A DNA stretch of 64,000 nucleotides from Methylococcaceae bacterium (GTDB lineage Bacteria > Pseudomonadota > Gammaproteobacteria > Methylococcales > Methylococcaceae). A model generated the notes under the pieces. The model saw only the letters and a program-made list of their open reading frames with translations, was not told where the DNA came from and did not search any database. Both the position numbers and the translations under genes were made by a program. Location: assembly GCA_004299145.1 (NCBI GenBank), contig SCQD01000173.1, forward strand, positions 253 to 64,252, written 5' to 3'. This document shows, one piece after another, positions 38,628-46,480 of this stretch. The first letter of the stretch is position 1; every line of letters begins with the position of its first letter.

Positions 38628-38891
38628 TCATACTGCCATACCAACAAGATTACCCCAATTATTATAAATTGCTATTGATGACCAGATAGCAAACAAGACG
38701 CCCAGCCCTACACTTGATATAAAATTGACATCATTTTCTGTTTGCACTCCACGGGGGTATTTGCCAAATGTCGCCAGCAACAAAAATATACGACCAAAGT
38801 TAAATAACATAAGGCACCATAACAGGTACCATAGTACGAATTTGAGTATTTCGACTATACCTTCAAATATTATTTCAATAATGTTATTCAT
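38628..38891 (-). CDS. small membrane protein, unknown function
   Basis: 87 aa from ATG 38891, with 2-3 predicted TM helices. AT-rich island. Confidence 0.4.
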   Translation of the reverse strand: MNNIIEIIFEGIVEILKFVLWYLLWCLMLFNFGRIFLLLATFGKYPRGVQTENDVNFISSVGLGVLFAIWSSIAIYNNWGNLVGMAV

Positions 38892-39004
38892 GTATTTTGT
38901 TCTTTCGATGTATATAAGCTGTCCATTGCAGGCTGGTATGAGTCGGCGAATTCCAGCATAACCACACGCCATTGCTGGATTACGCGGAGGACCGCTAACC
39001 CAGT

Positions 39005-39415
39005 CTACGTGCTATGGTGGTATTTCTTTTTTTTGAAAGCACTCTCAAACGGCTTTGGTGAAAAGAATAAGCGTGCACAAAACGGGTATAGCAAATAATG
39101 CAAAAAGAGGATAGCGATACCGGCAGCGTTAATGGAACCGTTTAAGTAGGCGAGTAGAATAGCGATGAGGCACAGAGCGGCAATCATTCCGCTGTAGAAA
39201 AGTATGAAACGTGACAACTCGGATTTGGTTGGCGCACACCGCACGACTTTGACAACCCAGAGAAAAACCATGCAGGGAACGATACCCGCGATAAACCACG
39301 TAACGGGTGCCCCTTCAAGTTTGAGGATAACACGAAGTATAAAGTTGAGTAATATGACGCCTACAATTGCGCCAACCGCAAGTTTGAAAGGCGAAAATTC
39401 TTTCACATCATTCAT
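39005..39415 (-). CDS. 4-TM membrane protein, unknown function
   Basis: 136 aa with four hydrophobic helices. AT-rich island. Confidence 0.5.
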   Translation of the reverse strand: MNDVKEFSPFKLAVGAIVGVILLNFILRVILKLEGAPVTWFIAGIVPCMVFLWVVKVVRCAPTKSELSRFILFYSGMIAALCLIAILLAYLNGSINAAGIAILFLHYLLYPFCARLFFSPKPFESAFKKKKYHHST

Positions 39416-39545
39416 ATAAAATCACCGGCGAGTTTATATATATTTAAAGCAACTTACAGCGTTTTTAAACTTTTTTAGTTACGCTTTGTCCAATGGCTAA
39501 TGTTTTTGCAAGCCTTGCTGCTTGAGGAGTGCGATCTGCCCCTGC

Positions 39546-39845
39546 TTATCGCAGTCGGCGCCGAATTTTATTCGGGTCCACTTTGCCGTGAGTACACGCC
39601 AAAACAGTAACCACCGAGCCCCGCACCTCATACCAAACCAGAAAGGGAAAGCGATCCAGTACTACACGCCGGATGTTGCGATATACCACAGGATAGATGA
39701 ACGGCGTTTCCGAGAGCCGAGTTAAAACCTTGCTCAGTTCATGGTGAAATTTGGCAGCCAAGCCAGCCTGCTGCTCTTCGTACCATATTTGCGCTTCCGC
39801 CACTTCCAGCTCAGCGACTCTGCGGACATAGACAGCGAAACTCAA
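39546..39845 (-). CDS. ParE/RelE-family toxin
   Basis: 99 aa. ...YRNIRRVVLDRFPFLVWYEV...VTVLACTHGK. 4-nt overlap with the antitoxin gene. Confidence 0.75.
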   Translation of the reverse strand: MSFAVYVRRVAELEVAEAQIWYEEQQAGLAAKFHHELSKVLTRLSETPFIYPVVYRNIRRVVLDRFPFLVWYEVRGSVVTVLACTHGKVDPNKIRRRLR

Positions 39846-40063
39846 GGTAATTGCTGCCTAAGACGCGCCTGAACATCGGACCAAGGGCTCTGGTCATTGG
39901 GATTAAGCTCCATATCCGCCAGGCGAGCGTCCAACAACCCCTTTTCTTTTTCTGACACGGGTACTTCGCCGGGAGCCAGGGTTTTCCAAACAACCCCTAT
40001 GAGTTCAATGCGCTCAGCAACAGTGAGCGACTTTACTTGCGAAATGAGTGATGCGTTAATCAT
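39842..40063 (-). CDS. putative addiction-module antitoxin (TIGR02574-like)
   Basis: LTVAERIELIGVVWKTL...LLDARLADMELNP. 73 aa. Confidence 0.7.
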   Translation of the reverse strand: MINASLISQVKSLTVAERIELIGVVWKTLAPGEVPVSEKEKGLLDARLADMELNPNDQSPWSDVQARLRQQLP

Positions 40064-40117
40064 GAAAAAAGTTGCCTGTTGATGCCACGAAAAGGAGGCG
40101 AGTTAAGCTACTGATTT

Positions 40118-40501
40118 TTACTGCGTTGATTTTTCCGTTTCGCATACCAATATACCAACACCAAACGATTTTGCACGTCTTAAGTTTAAATATGCCTCCT
40201 GAAGAGAGCTAGCTGAACCAAAGCATATAGTTGATTTTGAACATCGCTCAAATTCATCGATTGCTTTACGAATTAGATTTGGATCATAATCTGATGCGCA
40301 AACTTTTACTAGAATATCGTCACCCCCACAAAAAACAACCTCCCAACCTTTCCTCGCCGTTATCACATCATTGACACACCTCATTCCGGCCGTAATTGCC
40401 TCAGATACCTTTTTACATTCGTCTAGCTTTCCATATAACAGCTGTTGCTCCATTCTTTGCCGAATGTTATCACCATCTCCAATTACATAAATTAGAGGCA
40501 T
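40118..40501 (-). CDS. minimal palm-domain nucleotide cyclase/polymerase (mCpol-like; Cas10/GGDEF-related)
   Basis: 127 aa. Strand 1 LIYVIGDGDNI carries two Asp residues. The GGDD hairpin is VVFCGGDDILV. The C-terminal ICFGSASSLQEAYLNLRRAKSFGVGILV is collinear with the GGDEF-domain S.G.A...A...AL..AK..G.N.V segment. 6-nt gap to the upstream gene. Confidence 0.6.
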   Translation of the reverse strand: MPLIYVIGDGDNIRQRMEQQLLYGKLDECKKVSEAITAGMRCVNDVITARKGWEVVFCGGDDILVKVCASDYDPNLIRKAIDEFERCSKSTICFGSASSLQEAYLNLRRAKSFGVGILVCETEKSTQ

Positions 40502-40507
40502 TTCATT

Positions 40508-41305
40508 TTACCCATTGTCATTTTTCCCACTCAAATAATCAATAAATTTTTGCGAAATCTCTGGATAACGATTTCTTACTTCATTAATGTACCCCTTGGC
40601 CTGTATATCCATGACTGCCAAACGTAACAATTCATCGCTTTCTGGCTTTTTACCTTCCTTTTCCAAGCAATAGGACAAGGCTACCTTAGGCCAAAAATCA
40701 AAATCGCTTGGCGAATCTTGCCGCACACGGAGCAATAAATCAGTGGCATTTGAATATTTGCACAATCCAATTAGACAGTACGATTTGTAAGAAAGCATCT
40801 TGCAATCAGACTTCCCAGCTCGCCTCAAATATATCCCAATCTCTTCGAATAATGACAAACTCTCTGAATACCTACCAACTTTTAGAAAGGCTTTTGCAAC
40901 GGATTTCGCCGCATCTATTAGACCCATAGCGAGAAGTTGATTTAATATTTTCTGCGCCTCTCTAATATCCCCCCTTGGGTCAACTTGAGCAGCTTTTTGC
41001 TTGATTTCAACCAGCTCTATTTTTTGATTGAGTTCTACATAACTTCGCTCATCCTGAAAATCAGATGGAGAATATAGCTTTACTGCATGATTAGCGACCA
41101 GCCATACAAAAGCACACAAAACTAAAGGAGGAAACACAACTAAAAACAGAACAAACGCCCATTTTTGCTCGACATTCAAAGCATCCGCAGACACACCTAG
41201 TACAAGCGATGCAATCGAATATACAAGAAAAATAAATAGTGCAATTATACCAAGAGGGTTCTTGGTGAAAGCCTTTGATGATGTCGAAAATTCTCCTGGC
41301 TCCAT
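40508..41305 (-). CDS. 2-TM membrane protein with a cytosolic TPR-like helical-repeat domain
   Basis: TM helices IIALFIFLVYSIASLVLGV and WAFVLFLVVFPPLVLCAFVWLVA, followed by about 190 aa of helical repeats. First gene of the operon with the mCpol-like gene. Confidence 0.6.
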   Translation of the reverse strand: MEPGEFSTSSKAFTKNPLGIIALFIFLVYSIASLVLGVSADALNVEQKWAFVLFLVVFPPLVLCAFVWLVANHAVKLYSPSDFQDERSYVELNQKIELVEIKQKAAQVDPRGDIREAQKILNQLLAMGLIDAAKSVAKAFLKVGRYSESLSLFEEIGIYLRRAGKSDCKMLSYKSYCLIGLCKYSNATDLLLRVRQDSPSDFDFWPKVALSYCLEKEGKKPESDELLRLAVMDIQAKGYINEVRNRYPEISQKFIDYLSGKNDNG

Positions 41306-41660
41306 CTCTGTTAATACTCAATTAAAAATAGCATAAAAAATCAGGATCGGTGTAGCAACTCATCATTAACCATGCATTTATTTTATACAAAGCAGGCATT
41401 TCTAAAAACTACAATGCATTACACTTCGACGCACACGATCCTGGATAAAACCGGCACGGTAGCTATGTTAGCGTAAGATGCACTAACTAGGTATCATGAA
41501 TTTCATCCAAAACCTACTCGCATAGACTCCAATGCACTAACGGTAAAGCTGTCGAGCCCCGCGCACAACAAGCATCATCTGAAACGTTCGATCAGTAATT
41601 TTGCCGCGCCTCCCGGAAATGGCGCTCCTGAATTTATCGCATGGCTCCAGCATGCCGGCT

Positions 41661-41712
41661 CTGGAAGCCGGAGCTTCCAGAGCCGCATTCCCAAGCAGGA
41701 GCTTGGGAACGA
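41661..41712. repeat. REP pair, type A
   Basis: CTGGAAGCCGGAGCTTCCAG and ATTCCCAAGCAGGAGCTTGGGAAC. Confidence 0.8.
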
Positions 41713-41883
41713 GCACGGCTTCGCTTCATACCCCCACCCAGCACGCCCCTTGTCGCAAACGCACCGCGCTGTGTCGGCATTGCGCGTATTTGTCGCGTTG
41801 CATACACCGGAAAATCAGCAGCGGCAGCGACACAATGCTTGCCGTCTATTGATTTATATAGTTGAATAAATAACGTTAGGTTT

Positions 41884-41898
41884 TGGCACGCAAGCTGC
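41884..41898 (+). promoter_or_regulatory. candidate sigma54 (-24/-12) promoter
   Basis: TGGCAC-gcaag-CTGC against the consensus TGGCAC-N5-TTGC (one mismatch). About 86 nt upstream of ATG 41984. Confidence 0.3.
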
Positions 41899-41983
41899 CT
41901 GCCAAATATGCAAGGCAGCCGGCTTTGGCTTTGCTGTCTCCACGCTCCACGGCAATTTATTCAACTTTCGAAGGAAAGCTCCC

Positions 41984-43873
41984 ATGAAAAAATCCAACAC
42001 ACTAACGATCATGGCACGCATGCCGTCTCTGGCATGGAGCGCCAAGCACGCCATGATCGTTCCATACCCCCCAGCCAAATCATGCTGGACCGTCCCGCCA
42101 AGCACCCGGCGGGCGAGCGTATGTTCAAGCAGCCTGGGTGATTCATCCACGCGGCGGCTTCCGCTCCCGGCGGGTTTACCCCGAAGGCTGAAGACGAACA
42201 AGGTCGCCGCGACTTGCATAACCATCGCTACGCTATTACTTGGCTCACACAACGCCCATGCGCTCACCCCCTGGGCGGACGGCGCGCCGAACCTTACCAT
42301 CCGCTTGTCAGGCGCCGTGGCGCAAACCAAGGCGTATACCGAAGCGGTCACCAACACCCTGGCGGCGCCGAACAGCCTGGATACGTTCAACGACGTCGAT
42401 GCGGTCACCGGTTCCGTAGGCTCGAACTGGACGGCGCACTACTTCACCGGCAACAGCAACCTGGGCAGCGGCCTGGCCGGCAAAAAAATCCTGCTGCTGC
42501 GGCGCACCCGGGGCGGTTCGGGCTATGGCGTCGTGCCCTTGATCGGCAATATCCCGCTGGAACACCTGAATATCGCCGGTTTGCCCGCGAGCGCCTGGAG
42601 CGCAGACGGCAGCAAGGCATGGAAACAAACCATCAGCGCGGAAAACGCCGACACCTATCTGACCAAGAAAGCGTCCGACGGCGGCGTCATCGCGGTCGAC
42701 CCCAATATTTTGCTGAAACCCGGCACGGAAAATTATCCCGACCAGCAGATCGAGCTGACCACGGGGGCGCCGGAAACGAAATGGCCGCTGAATCTGACGA
42801 AGCTGGATACCACGGGTAATAACGGCTTCACGGTGAAACCGACGGCGGGTCTGGTATACGGCGTGGCCGTCACCCAGGATTTGTACGAGGTGCTGCAAGC
42901 CGCGCAAAAGCGGACGCAAACGCTGTCCAGCGACGTCGTCATCGGCGCCTACAGCGAAAAAGACATGCCCAGCCTGAGCCGCACGCTGATTGCCTCGCTG
43001 CTGGCCGGCAAAATCGGCGCCTGGGATCAAATCAAAATCGTCGACAAAACCGACGGCGATGCCGTGAAAAGCCTGCTGGACAGCGACATTCTCGGCGATG
43101 CCGGCGTGAGCGCGCCTTATCAGGAAGCGACCAGCGGCTCGAACCTGACGCCGGTGGCCTTGGGCTTGCGCAATAACGGCGCGGCCACCAGCGTGCTGGC
43201 CTATTCGGTGTTTCTGAACTATCCGGGCATGGCCAACGCCGTCCCACCCGCCGCCAAAACGGCGCACAGCGCGGTGGAAGAAGACGCCGCACTGCCCATC
43301 GTCAAACAGCCCATCATCATTTCCGACACCGGCGCCCTGCTCAACGACTGGCAGAACGGCACCAACATCCTGGGCTTCAACAACGTCGCCGACGGCGCCG
43401 GCTATGCCAAGCGCTGGGGCATTGCGATCAACACCGCCGATAAAAACACCTCGGTAACGGCGGCCGGCAGCGGCGGCGATCCGTGGCGCTATATCCGCAT
43501 CGACGGCTACGCGCCGACCCTGGAAAACGTGGCGGCGGGCGTTTACCCGTACTGGTCGGAAGGCGTGGTGCTGTATCGCAGCAGCAAGCCCAGCGACGCG
43601 CAATGGGCGCTGAAAACCCGGCTGATGAAAGCCTTGGCCGATAGTCTGGGCAGCCCGGCCGTGGCCGGCGTGGTCAGCACCACCCAGGCCTGGGGCAAAA
43701 CCGGCACTTTCGCCACCACCACCGACCCGCGCGGGTTCTCCACCAGCATTCCGTTCAACAGCAGCAGCCCGGTCGTGCCTTTCTCGCACCGCAGCGGCGG
43801 CGTATTGCACACGGAAATCGTGCCGGTGGCGGATAGTGGCGCGACCGGGGGGTTACAGGTTCAGTTGAAGTAA
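41984..43873 (+). CDS. large secreted PstS-like (PBP_like_2) substrate-binding-domain protein
   Basis: LSRTLIASLLAGKIGAWDQI, LGLRNNGAATS and IDGYAPTLENVAAGVYPYWSEGVVLYR resemble PstS/DING-family motifs. ATG 41984 has a GGAAAG RBS. However, the only signal-peptide-like segment (KTNKVAATCITIATLLLGSHNAHA) starts at codon 69, so the start is uncertain. Confidence 0.6.
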   Translation: MKKSNTLTIMARMPSLAWSAKHAMIVPYPPAKSCWTVPPSTRRASVCSSSLGDSSTRRLPLPAGLPRRLKTNKVAATCITIATLLLGSHNAHALTPWADGAPNLTIRLSGAVAQTKAYTEAVTNTLAAPNSLDTFNDVDAVTGSVGSNWTAHYFTGNSNLGSGLAGKKILLLRRTRGGSGYGVVPLIGNIPLEHLNIAGLPASAWSADGSKAWKQTISAENADTYLTKKASDGGVIAVDPNILLKPGTENYPDQQIELTTGAPETKWPLNLTKLDTTGNNGFTVKPTAGLVYGVAVTQDLYEVLQAAQKRTQTLSSDVVIGAYSEKDMPSLSRTLIASLLAGKIGAWDQIKIVDKTDGDAVKSLLDSDILGDAGVSAPYQEATSGSNLTPVALGLRNNGAATSVLAYSVFLNYPGMANAVPPAAKTAHSAVEEDAALPIVKQPIIISDTGALLNDWQNGTNILGFNNVADGAGYAKRWGIAINTADKNTSVTAAGSGGDPWRYIRIDGYAPTLENVAAGVYPYWSEGVVLYRSSKPSDAQWALKTRLMKALADSLGSPAVAGVVSTTQAWGKTGTFATTTDPRGFSTSIPFNSSSPVVPFSHRSGGVLHTEIVPVADSGATGGLQVQLK

Positions 43874-43906
43874 GCGGGGGTTATGGCTGGGGTGATGCTG
43901 GTTTAT

Positions 43907-44108
43907 CGTTCCCACGCTTCGCGTGGGAACGCAGCCCGGGACGCTCCGCGTCCCGTGTCGCCACCGCGCTCAAAACAGAGGAACGCATCCGATGCCTAGC
44001 GCATCGGATGCGGTACATAACCGGCGATCCAGGATAGCCATCAGTGCGTTGCGCTGGTTCCCAAGCTCCAGCTTGGGAACCCGGCCCGGGAAGCTCCGGC
44101 TTCCCGGG
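43907..44108. repeat. REP array (types A and A')
   Basis: CGTTCCCACGCTTCGCGTGGGAACG, GGGACGCTCCGCGTCCC, GCATCCGATGC-N5-GCATCGGATGC, GGTTCCCAAGCTCCAGCTTGGGAACC and GGGAAGCTCCGGCTTCCC. Confidence 0.85.
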
Positions 44109-44307
44109 CGGCGAGGAGGGAAAGTTAAAGACTATCTCGTCGAATGGGGCATGCGCCCCATGCCCCATCCGCACCGTTGGTGGCGGCGTCAATGGAGCAA
44201 ACGCGCCGGTTTGCAGCCCGTCGGCAACATAAGCGTCACGGAAGGGATGAATATCCTCATCCAGCTTGCTCTTTCGCCGACGCTGGTGTTTATCGAATGC
44301 CGGGCTC

Positions 44308-44356
44308 GGGAAGCCGGAGCTTCCCAGGCCGCATTCCCAAGCAGGAGCTTGGGAAC
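44308..44356. repeat. REP pair, type A
   Basis: GGGAAGCCGGAGCTTCCC and ATTCCCAAGCAGGAGCTTGGGAAC. Confidence 0.8.
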
Positions 44357-44523
44357 GAGCGCAACGAGCGCACGAGCGTAGCGAGCAGCAGGCGCCGCTG
44401 TTGCTCCAGCAACAGCCCATCAGCACAAGCTGCTGCCGTAGCAGCAATCCCGCTCACTCGCAAAAATAAACTTCAACATAATCAACAGCATATGCATTGG
44501 CACAGGATTTGCCCATAGAGGTT

Positions 44524-46143
44524 ATGCAATCCATGAAGCCATTGACCCGCTACGCATTCATGACCGGCGCTTTGTTGCTTGCGGCCCCCGCGTGGCCGCA
44601 GGAGCAGCCCGCCGTGGCCGCGCCTCCACAATCCGACGCTTTACCCTCCTTCGATATGCTGGAAATACAAGTAGACGGCAACACCGTGCTGGAGCAAACC
44701 GTGGTCGAAAAAACCCTGTATCCGCTGCTCGGCACCGGCAAGACCGTCGGCGACGTCGAGCAGGCGCGGCAGACGCTGGAAGCCCTATATAAGGAAAAAG
44801 GCTATCCGACCGTGCTGGTGGACATTCCCGAACAGGACGTGGTGGCCGGCGTGGTGCGGCTGCAAGTGGTCGAAGGCGCCATCGAGCGCCTGAAAATCAC
44901 CGGCTCGCGCTATTTTCACCTGGACAAAATCCGCGAACAGGTGCCGGCGCTGGCGGCGGGCCAGGTGCCTTATATGCCGAAAGTGCAGGAACAGGTGGGC
45001 ATCCTGGGCCAGGAATCCGCCGACCGCCAGATTACGCCGATTTTCCGCGCCGGCGCTACGCCCGGCAAAACCGAGGTGGAACTGCGCGTCACCGACGAAC
45101 TGCCCTTGCACGGCAGCGTGGAAGTCAACGGCCGCAATTCGGAAAACACCAGCCGCACCCGCATGGTCAGCGCCGTGCGCTACGACAATCTGTGGCAGCG
45201 CTTCCACAGCGCATCGCTGCAATTCCAGGTGGCGCCGGAAAATGACGACGAAGTGGAAGTCTGGTCCGGCACTTATGTGCTGCCTACCGGCTGGGCGGAT
45301 ACCCGCCTGGCGTTGTACGGCATCGGCATCAGTTCCAATACCCAAATGGGCACCAGCATCGGCGGCCTGTCGGTGGTCGGCACCGGCTCGATTTACGGCG
45401 CGCGCCTGATCAAACCGTTGAGCGGCGGCGAAATTTACAACCACAGCCTGACGCTGGGCATCGATTACAAAAGCTTCAATCAGGGCGTCACCCAGCAAGG
45501 CCAGGATCAACAAACCTCGCCGGTCAGCTATGCCCCCTGGCAGATCGGCTACGACGGCAGCTGGCGCGCCGCGGGCGCGCTGACCTCGTTCAGCGCGGCG
45601 CTGCATTTCTCCGTCGACGGCCTGGGCAGCGACCAGCAGGAATTCGAAAACCGCCGTTTCAAAGCCAGGGCCGGTTATGCCTATCTCAGCGGCGAACTGA
45701 AGCACTGGCATGAACTGCCGTGGGACATGCGGCTGGCGGCGCGCGCCGCCGGCCAGATCAGCGCATCGCCGCTGATCAGCAACGAACAGTTCGCCGTCGG
45801 CGGACCGCAGAGCGTGCGCGGCTACCATCAGACGCAGCAACTGGGCGATAACGGCGTCAATGCCTCGCTGGAACTGCAAAGCCCGTCGTTCCAGCCGCAA
45901 GACTGGGATTTTTTGCAGAACCTGAAAGCGCACGTGTTTTTCGATTACGCCTATTTGTGGATACAGGACGCCTTGCCGCGCAACCCGGAGCACTACCGCC
46001 TGGCCGGCGCCGGCGCGGGTTTGAGGATGCAACTGTTCAAGCACTGGCAGGGGGAGTTCGACTGGGCTTATCCGCTGTACGCGCAGAGCAGCGTCGCCGC
46101 CGGCGAGCAGCGCGTGGATTTTCGGGTGGCTTATGAGTTTTAA
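44524..46143 (+). CDS. TpsB (ShlB/FhaC/HecB-family) outer-membrane transporter of the two-partner secretion system
   Basis: Signal peptide (KPLTRYAFMTGALLLAAPAWPQE). POTRA-like LEIQVDGNTVL. Beta-barrel ending in RVAYEF. Start is ATG 44524 or 44533 (the ORF track uses TTG 44497). Confidence 0.85.
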   Translation: MQSMKPLTRYAFMTGALLLAAPAWPQEQPAVAAPPQSDALPSFDMLEIQVDGNTVLEQTVVEKTLYPLLGTGKTVGDVEQARQTLEALYKEKGYPTVLVDIPEQDVVAGVVRLQVVEGAIERLKITGSRYFHLDKIREQVPALAAGQVPYMPKVQEQVGILGQESADRQITPIFRAGATPGKTEVELRVTDELPLHGSVEVNGRNSENTSRTRMVSAVRYDNLWQRFHSASLQFQVAPENDDEVEVWSGTYVLPTGWADTRLALYGIGISSNTQMGTSIGGLSVVGTGSIYGARLIKPLSGGEIYNHSLTLGIDYKSFNQGVTQQGQDQQTSPVSYAPWQIGYDGSWRAAGALTSFSAALHFSVDGLGSDQQEFENRRFKARAGYAYLSGELKHWHELPWDMRLAARAAGQISASPLISNEQFAVGGPQSVRGYHQTQQLGDNGVNASLELQSPSFQPQDWDFLQNLKAHVFFDYAYLWIQDALPRNPEHYRLAGAGAGLRMQLFKHWQGEFDWAYPLYAQSSVAAGEQRVDFRVAYEF

Positions 46144-46163
46144 CTTTTCGCGGCGGCTTGCAT

Positions 46164-46475
46164 CGTTCCCACGCTCTGCGTGGGAAAGCCGCCGCGCAGC
46201 GGAATTACTAAGGCTTCTGGAATGCATCCATGGGACGCTCCGCGTCCCGAATGGCGACATCGACCGGGATGGCGATAACACGCCGGAACGGGTTTGTAAC
46301 CCGTTTCCAGAAGCCTTAGTGTTTCCGCGAGAACGCGGCGGCTTTCGTAACGTTTTTAACGCCGGTGTTGCTGTTGCATCAGGTTTTATACAGGTAAAGG
46401 AAGGGTCCCCGACCCACCTAGCTATACGGGACGCGGAGCGTCCCGGGCTGCGTTCCCACGCGGAGCGTGGGAACG
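46164..46475. repeat. composite REP array between tpsB and tpsA
   Basis: Hairpins CGTTCCCACGCTCTGCGTGGGAA, GGGACGCTCCGCGTCCC, GGAACGGGTTTGTAACCCGTTTCC, GGGACGCGGAGCGTCCC and CGTTCCCACGCGGAGCGTGGGAACG. Also a long-range inverted repeat AAGGCTTCTGGAA...TTCCAGAAGCCTT. Confidence 0.85.
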
Positions 46476-46480
46476 ATGCA

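Noticed and set aside
41713-41983. Pho box (CTGTCAT-N4-CTGTCAT) upstream of the PstS-like gene, and likewise upstream of tpsB (44357-44523)
   Set aside because: Only weak partial matches were found (e.g. CTGTCTCCACGCTCCACG). The direct TTGTCGC repeats at about 41750 and 41791 were noted but not assignable, so no Pho regulation is claimed from sequence.
43881-44447. ORFs of 60-190 aa running through REP arrays (43881-44447, 43923-44381, 41601-41865, 57687-58128, 60419-60640, 61360-61717, 63308-63926)
   Set aside because: Their peptides (FPSSSLGTR.GKLRLP, SQAGAWER, etc.) are simply translations of the palindromic repeats and recur wherever the repeats occur.
46133-46480. N-terminal 116-codon extension of the tpsA ORF (ORF-track start at 46133)
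   Set aside because: The extension is entirely REP hairpin sequence and overlaps the tpsB stop. ATG 46481 is followed by a proper signal peptide and the TPS domain.
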